From the NCBI GenBank assembly GCA_964514965.1, contig CAZETV010000001.1, positions 420,001-452,000 of the forward strand: a stretch of 32,000 nt of DNA, written 5' to 3'. The stretch comes from Candidatus Hadarchaeota archaeon. GTDB lineage: Archaea; Hadarchaeota; Hadarchaeia; Hadarchaeales; Hadarchaeaceae. The notes under the pieces were generated by a model. It was not told where the DNA came from, did no database searches, and saw nothing but the letters and a program-made list of their open reading frames with translations. The translations under genes were made by a program, and so were the position numbers. This document shows positions 26,983-32,000 of this stretch, one piece after another (the stretch's first letter is position 1; the number at the start of each line of letters is the position of its first letter).

Positions 26983-27708
26983 ATGCCGGCGATTATAAAA
27001 TTTAATGGGAGCGACTACGATATCTCAAGTCTTTCTGGAATAGATTATGGAGAGAAATGTCTCGGTGACCATAAGAACATTTGGTCTGTTGGTTGCACTT
27101 ATGGAGTAACTTTGGGCCAGAGTGCGAGCGGCTGGAGTAAATTCCTAAAGACAGGCAACCCATTTGCAGACCCGTGTATCCGAAATTGTGGTATATGGAA
27201 CAAAAAACATACGCTGTCGACGCCTTCTCTTCCCCCATCGCCGCCTTCGCCTCCTCCATCTAATGAGTGTCCAAAAGGCTACTACAAAACAAGGAAAGAA
27301 GCCGTTATGCGTGTGAGAAAAACCGTGATGCCAGGGGAATGTTTTGTATGGGGGGATGGTCAAGGTAAGTGTCTTTGGAGAGTAATCCCAGGCACTGGCT
27401 GCGCCCACTGGGTATCTCACCAACTTAATTTAAAAGGAGGACGTCCTGGGAATAACGGATGCTATAAAGAATTCTTAATACGAGTGAATGATATCATCCA
27501 ACCGAGAAGAAGAATAGAATTTAAAAAGACAAAAGTTGGTAACCTCTGGACAAATGAGCGTAATAGTCATATTGGTATTATTCGTGATGTAAAAACGAAT
27601 GATAAAGGAGTAGTTGGGGTGCTGGTTGAACACGACTCTGACAGTATAAGTGAGAAAGGGAGAGGTGTTGTTAAAAATTGGTTTAAATGCGGAAATATCT
27701 ATAGGTAA
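26983..27708 (+). CDS. Two-region accessory protein with Pro-rich linker; C-terminal half resembles an NlpC/P60 or CHAP-like Cys/His hydrolase
   Basis: Linker LPPSPPSPPPSNECP. Putative nucleophile context GTGCAHWVSHQLNLKGG and putative His context NSHIGIIRDV. Fold assignment is inferential. Confidence 0.5.
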   Translation: MPAIIKFNGSDYDISSLSGIDYGEKCLGDHKNIWSVGCTYGVTLGQSASGWSKFLKTGNPFADPCIRNCGIWNKKHTLSTPSLPPSPPSPPPSNECPKGYYKTRKEAVMRVRKTVMPGECFVWGDGQGKCLWRVIPGTGCAHWVSHQLNLKGGRPGNNGCYKEFLIRVNDIIQPRRRIEFKKTKVGNLWTNERNSHIGIIRDVKTNDKGVVGVLVEHDSDSISEKGRGVVKNWFKCGNIYR

Positions 27709-27899
27709 TAACAATGATTGAATCACATTTAATACACTCACATTTGATTTACCTTACCGCAAGATTCGCCCTGCCTCACAAGAGGAGTTCCTGCCACCTA
27801 CACGATACCCGTATGCACCTCAATGAATACCTCGCGAACAGTCCCAATCCTGCCTGAATGAGGGATCTGATGAAAATATAGGAGGAGGAATTCTAAGTT

Positions 27900-28901
27900 A
27901 TGGAAAAGTTCACCCTATTAGAAGGTGACGAAAAAATAAGGGTGGGAAATAACACTTGGGCTGAGATAGTTTTGGAGGACGATTCAAAAGTCAAGGCATA
28001 TTCAAACACTGAACTTTTTCTAAAAAAGATTGAGGAAAAACTTCCGGGAGGGACGCGTCTTAAAAAATTTGCGTTATCGATATTTTCTGGAAAAATTATG
28101 TCCTCTGTAAAAGGACTTTCCAAAGTTTACGTAAATACTAGCGGTTGTGTGGCAAGAGTCGAGGGCGTAGTTTTAGTACGGGTTACAGACGGAACAACTC
28201 TCATTGCAGTTCTAAACGGCATATCCAAGGTGACAGACAGCGAAAGCAAATACACGGTTGTCTTGCCACCGGGTCACCAAGTTACGGTGTCACCACAAAT
28301 GCAGTTGCCAAAACCCACAAAAATAGAGGATGAACTTCTGAATGAGTTAAACATGGGAGAAAGAGAAATAGAAAAAATAGAAAGTTTCGAACAGGCGAGG
28401 CGAAAGATGCTACAAAGTTTACCGTTCCATCACCCCCTAGTGATTAAAGAGAAATTTAAAAGCGAGATGGCTAAGCCAGAATGGCAGAAGGTGATGAGAA
28501 AAATTGAGGGAATCAAAAAAAATGTGGGAAAATCAGTTGACTACCACAGCATCGAATTCAACATCGCCACGGCGGAGATAAGAAAGGAATACAAAAACCG
28601 CAGAGGGTCAGAAAACAAAGCGTTTTTAATTCTAAAAATCGGCGCAAAAAACAATTCTTCTGAACAAATTTTTGTTTTTTATCAGGAGGAAGTGAGATTA
28701 ATTAGCGAAGCGGGAAAGACAATTCCTCTGGAAGATTACAAAATGGAAACGAGTTTTGACCCAAAGGCTGAAAGAGACGGATATCTCCTTTTTGTAATTC
28801 CTGAAGAAAACACCAAGTTCAAGCTCCAATTTGGTAAAAAAAGTTTGCCAAAGGTCGAGTTGGAGTTGGATTTAGTTGAAAAGGGAAAGAGGGATGTATA
28901 G
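27900..28901 (+). CDS. FecR-like domain protein with possible C-terminal DUF4352-like immunoglobulin-fold domain
   Basis: WAEIVLEDDSKVKAYSNTELFL..., CVARVEGVVLVRVTDGTTLIAVLNGISKVTDSES...VVLPPGHQVTV (FecR-like). C-terminal FLILKIGAKNNSSEQIFVFYQEEVRLISEAGK. Strong RBS GGAGGAGG upstream. Confidence 0.6.
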   Translation: MEKFTLLEGDEKIRVGNNTWAEIVLEDDSKVKAYSNTELFLKKIEEKLPGGTRLKKFALSIFSGKIMSSVKGLSKVYVNTSGCVARVEGVVLVRVTDGTTLIAVLNGISKVTDSESKYTVVLPPGHQVTVSPQMQLPKPTKIEDELLNELNMGEREIEKIESFEQARRKMLQSLPFHHPLVIKEKFKSEMAKPEWQKVMRKIEGIKKNVGKSVDYHSIEFNIATAEIRKEYKNRRGSENKAFLILKIGAKNNSSEQIFVFYQEEVRLISEAGKTIPLEDYKMETSFDPKAERDGYLLFVIPEENTKFKLQFGKKSLPKVELELDLVEKGKRDV

Positions 28902-29314
28902 ATTCATTAGAACATAAATAACAGACAGGGCAACGGTAAAAGTAATTGAACACTATCTACTGACACCAACATATCGTCAGAAAAACAGTACCACTGGTGA
29001 AAAACGAGTTTCATTTCTTTCTCGATAACGATCCCAGCCCATTTTACCGCAAAAAATTATTTCAAACCCCCGCGGAGGTTACCGTTCAATCCAAGCCTCC
29101 ACCTATTTGAGTGCAGACTCCGTCCGCCAGTGAGCCGATAATCGCGTCCTAGGTCAGAGCCTCCCCCACCAAACTTCCATCAGCTCATTTTTGCCATGCG
29201 ATAGATATAAACTTAGCTGGGAATTAAAATCTCGCGCAAAAATAAAGCAGTATTTAGGCAAGGAATTTAGCAAAAAAGAGCAAGAATCTTGCTCAGATAG
29301 CATATTTTTGGTGG

Positions 29315-29441
29315 TGGACCGGGCGGGATTTGAACCCGCGACCTCCCGCAATTTGGATGGATTTTACAATTTGCCAAGCGGACGATCATTCTGTTGACGG
29401 GGAGACATTTCCCCTTCATTTCCAGGCTGATCCACCGGCCC
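29315..29441 (-). tRNA. tRNA-Ala (anticodon GGC), apparently interrupted by an anticodon-loop intron and a D-loop insertion; CCA encoded at 29312-29314
   Basis: Acceptor GGGCCGG/CCGGTCC with G3:U70 (Ala identity), D-stem GATC/GATC, anticodon stem TCCGC/GCGGG, variable loop AGGTC, T-arm GCGGGTTCAAATCCCGC. Removing 29351-29371 leaves loop TTGGCAT. Confidence 0.88.
29351..29371 (-). other. Predicted 21-nt tRNA intron at canonical position 37/38
   Basis: A bulge-helix-bulge can be drawn: central 4-bp helix TTGG/CCAA, 3-nt bulge CAA on the 5' side and 3-nt bulge ATT directly before the GCGGG strand. The innermost helix is weak. Confidence 0.8.
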
Positions 29442-29592
29442 ACCGAGAAATGATGGTCATGCAAGCTTAAGAAATTTTGTGATTGCCTAAAGTTGCCCCT
29501 GAAAAACTTCATTTACAGGGCGAAAAGTCCAACTAGAGACTAACTATATGGCTTATTCAAAAAAGCACCATGTCTAAACTAGCAAATAACAG

Positions 29593-29778
29593 CTACCTGA
29601 GCCGCAGCCTTTGAACCGTCTTTATCTTCCAATTGTACCGCTTGATACGACGCGAACGCCCGTAGCCACATGCAGCACAAACTCCCCGCTGAACATGGTA
29701 AGCCCGTCTTCCACAACGTCGACAACGAATATGCACGACCTTGTGGCGTTTGCCCATTGATGCAGTGCCTTTGACCAT
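29593..29778 (-). CDS. rpl37e: Ribosomal protein L37e
   Basis: [53 protein letters not shown], CxxC...CxxC zinc ribbon. Confidence 0.95.
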   Translation of the reverse strand: MVKGTASMGKRHKVVHIRCRRCGRRAYHVQRGVCAACGYGRSRRIKRYNWKIKTVQRLRLR

Positions 29779-29783
29779 TTCAC

Positions 29784-30020
29784 TCACTCAGCAGGCGAGA
29801 TGAATATTACGCTGTCTCCCCGGATTATCATCATCCCGTAGCGTTTCACCGTTTCGTTTCCGTGGATTTCATCTGTCTCCTCAAGCACTAAATTGATGTG
29901 CATGTCGAAACCGCTTAGCTTTCCCCTGAATTCCCGGCCGCCCTTGAGTCCAACCAACACCGATGAACCTAGGGCGCGGTTTAGCACATCTAGAGGTCGC
30001 TGCGCCATGAAAATCACCAA
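29784..30020 (-). CDS. LSm/Sm-like archaeal RNA-binding protein
   Basis: [45 protein letters not shown]...[14 protein letters not shown] (Sm1/Sm2 motifs). Confidence 0.95.
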   Translation of the reverse strand: MVIFMAQRPLDVLNRALGSSVLVGLKGGREFRGKLSGFDMHINLVLEETDEIHGNETVKRYGMMIIRGDSVIFISPAE

Positions 30021-30067
30021 TTTCTGTGCTAGCTGCGTATTTAACCTTATCGAACCACTTTAAATTG

Positions 30068-30553
30068 ATGCTGATAAAGCGCCGTTATCACGTTAGAAAA
30101 GCCCTGCTTAAGCAACTTACACAGGAACTCGTCGAAAAGTTTGGCGAAAAAACGGGCGAACTTTTGAAAGGGGCGATCGAAGTGATGGAGCTGGGCGAGG
30201 GCAGGGAAGTCATCTTGGTTAAAAGTAAAGTACTCTTTTTTAGGGTGAGTGATGGAATTTTTCCAACGCTGAACTCACTTGGTCGAATTCCACTAAAGCG
30301 TGTAGTCGTTGATATGGGGGCCGTTCCTCACGTCGCCAACGGAGCTGACATTATGGCCCCGGGTGTAGTTTCATCCGACGAGGAAATTACGCTAGGGGAG
30401 GGCGTGGTAATCGTGGATGAACGGCACAACAAGCCCATCGCGGTCGGAAAATCTCTTGTACCTGGTGCTAAGATGCGAGGTCCGAAGGGTAAGGTGATCA
30501 AGAACCTTCATTACGTGGGCGATGAAATATGGCAGCTTCAAGCAAAGAGTTAA
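30068..30553 (+). CDS. PUA domain RNA-binding protein
   Basis: VVVDMGAVPHVANGADIMAPGVVSSDEEITLGEGVVIVDERHNKPIAVGKSLV is a typical PUA domain. The start at MLIKRRYHV is likelier than 30026. Confidence 0.88.
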   Translation: MLIKRRYHVRKALLKQLTQELVEKFGEKTGELLKGAIEVMELGEGREVILVKSKVLFFRVSDGIFPTLNSLGRIPLKRVVVDMGAVPHVANGADIMAPGVVSSDEEITLGEGVVIVDERHNKPIAVGKSLVPGAKMRGPKGKVIKNLHYVGDEIWQLQAKS

Positions 30554-30592
30554 ATAGATTGAAATCCACCGACCATTTGTTAGGGTGATTAT

Positions 30593-30979
30593 CTGAAATC
30601 CTTTAAACGATTGTTCGGGGGAAAATCCAAGGTAAAGCCTGAGACGGTCGAGGAAGTACCGATAATGGAAATTGAGGAAAAGACCGTTAGTAGCCCCTCG
30701 AGAGGTGTCAGTGAGCTTGAGCCTATCTACGTCAAGAGTATGGAGCTTCGAAGCCTCGTCGACGTTCAAGAGGTCGCTGACGAACTTCGAACCGGAAACA
30801 TCATGGTCCTCGATATCAGCATGCTTATGAATCAAGACCCTGCTGAACTCAAGCGGGCGATAGACCAGCTAAAAGGAATCTGCCAAGCTATCGGTGGGGA
30901 TGTGGGGCGTCTGACAGAGTCAAAGGTGTTAGCTACTCCAAAGTTCGTCAATATCCAGTTCAAAAGAGCAATTGCATAA
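30593..30979 (+). CDS. sepF: SepF-like cell division protein (DUF552)
   Basis: FKRLFGGKSKV... and YVKSMELRSLVDVQEVADELRTGNIMVLDISMLMNQDPAELKRAIDQLKGICQAIGGDVGRL match SepF. The start may be CTG 30593 or TTG 30611. Confidence 0.88.
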   Translation: MKSFKRLFGGKSKVKPETVEEVPIMEIEEKTVSSPSRGVSELEPIYVKSMELRSLVDVQEVADELRTGNIMVLDISMLMNQDPAELKRAIDQLKGICQAIGGDVGRLTESKVLATPKFVNIQFKRAIA

Positions 30980-30993
30980 TTTTTGGTGAATTT

Positions 30994-31572
30994 ATGCGGA
31001 AGAGGGAGTTCCTGCTCCCTATTGAGTGTTGCCCAATTTGCGGAGCCAAAGGCACTTTTCGCGTCAATGGTAGAATCGACCACATCCCATATTTCGGCGA
31101 GATAATGGAGACCTTCGCAAGCTGCACCAGCTGCGAATTCAGGCACACGGATGTCGTGTGTTTAGGCGAGCGTCCCCCTCTACGCTACGAGTTTCAGATC
31201 AAATCCGAAGAAGATCTAAAGGTTAGAGTCGTGAAGTCGAGCACGGGAACAATCAAACTCCCAGAGCTTGGGGTGACAGTAGAGCCAGGGGCCGCGAGCG
31301 AGGGCTATGTGTCGAATATTGAGGGAGTTCTTAATCGTGTAGAGGCGGCAATAAAGCTGGCAATTAAAAAAGTTGATGCTACCAAGCGCCGGCGGGGACA
31401 GGCAAAGCTAAAAAAACTCGATGAGATGCGCGCCGGGAAGCGAAAGGCAAGGCTGATTCTCATGGACCCATTCGGGCACAGCACAATTGTAAACAAACGG
31501 GCCAAGAAACGCGAGTTGACTAAGCGGGAATTGGCATTGCTCAGAGGAAGTCCACACGCTAGTGGAGCCTGA
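30994..31572 (+). CDS. ZPR1-type zinc finger domain protein
   Basis: [58 protein letters not shown]. Confidence 0.9.
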   Translation: MRKREFLLPIECCPICGAKGTFRVNGRIDHIPYFGEIMETFASCTSCEFRHTDVVCLGERPPLRYEFQIKSEEDLKVRVVKSSTGTIKLPELGVTVEPGAASEGYVSNIEGVLNRVEAAIKLAIKKVDATKRRRGQAKLKKLDEMRAGKRKARLILMDPFGHSTIVNKRAKKRELTKRELALLRGSPHASGA

Positions 31573-32000
31573 GGGTCTCCAAACTCCGAGGCGCTCTCGT
31601 CTCAACCTTGAAAAGTTTGTGCAGCGCACTTGCTAAGTCGATACACTTGTTTTCATCACCATGGATGCATATGACGCGCTGCGGTTTGGGTGAAACCCTT
31701 CGCACATAGTTCAACAACTGGGCCCGATCCGAGTGCCCGCTGAATCCCTCGACCGTTTGGACTTCTATGTTTACCTTCACTTCCTCTACCCTCCCCTTCT
31801 CGTTGCGTAGGGGAACCTCGCGCCATCCTTTCTGGATGCGTCGCCCGAGTGATCCCTCACACTGGTACCCGACGAAGACAAGGGAATTACGCGGGTCGGG
31901 CGCAAGAGATTTAAAGTATTCGAGTATTGGGCCTCCTGCCATCATCCCTGCCGTCGATATGATCACCGCCGGGTCACCGTCGATTACCTGTGAGCGCTGG
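31559..32000 (-). CDS. Beta-CASP / metallo-beta-lactamase ribonuclease, archaeal CPSF1-like, C-terminal part (N-terminus beyond window)
   Basis: Frame is open to the window edge: [29 protein letters not shown]...[20 protein letters not shown]...[14 protein letters not shown]. The end overlaps the convergent ZPR1-type gene by 14 nt. Confidence 0.88.
   Translation of the reverse strand, partial: QRSQVIDGDPAVIISTAGMMAGGPILEYFKSLAPDPRNSLVFVGYQCEGSLGRRIQKGWREVPLRNEKGRVEEVKVNIEVQTVEGFSGHSDRAQLLNYVRRVSPKPQRVICIHGDENKCIDLASALHKLFKVETRAPRSLETLRLH

Noticed and set aside
27710-27899. Possible regulatory RNA in the gap before the FecR-like gene
   Set aside because: Apart from a strong RBS, I could not find a stable structure or a recognisable motif.
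29154-29512. Short minus-strand ORFs overlapping the tRNA-Ala region (65 and 81 aa), including REVAGSNPARST and GRSRVQIPPGPP-type strings
   Set aside because: The strings are translations of tRNA T-arm/acceptor sequence, not protein-coding signal.
1-32000. CRISPR array, toxin-antitoxin, restriction-modification or other known defence cassette
   Set aside because: No regularly spaced repeats, Cas-like motifs, methyltransferase/endonuclease pairs or recognisable toxin families were seen. The one methyltransferase (3938-4543) lies in a glycan cluster.

Overview
This is an archaeal chromosomal segment with most genes on the minus strand. From left to right it contains: (1) a surface-glycan / nonulosonic-acid-like locus (NeuB-like partial, NeuA-like, radical SAM/SPASM, GT-B-like transferase, methyltransferase, flippase, glycosyltransferases, three NAD-dependent epimerases); (2) YjbQ, an RNase H-fold exonuclease-like ORF, a free-standing LAGLIDADG endonuclease flanked by helix-turn-helix-like regions, a family-4 uracil-DNA glycosylase, a DUF434-like protein and a small membrane-anchored protein; (3) a long minus-strand information-processing block (dtdA, ftsZ, secE, spt5, OB-fold protein, rpl11, rpl1, rpl10/P0, rpl12/P1, alaS) followed by leuS; (4) tRNA-Val(GAC); (5) a roughly 2.8 kb accessory interval with a Cys/His hydrolase-like ORF and a FecR-like ORF; (6) a tRNA-Ala(GGC) gene that appears interrupted twice, by a 21-nt anticodon-loop intron and a roughly 31-nt D-loop insertion; (7) L37e, Lsm, a PUA protein, SepF, a ZPR1-type zinc-finger protein and a partial beta-CASP nuclease (aCPSF1-like). 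The best leads are the doubly interrupted tRNA-Ala and the island next to it, which is bounded by a 13-bp copy of the tRNA 3' end. I found no CRISPR array, transposase, integrase or recognisable defence system. I cannot show that any wholly new system is present. All family calls are from motif recognition by eye, with no database search.
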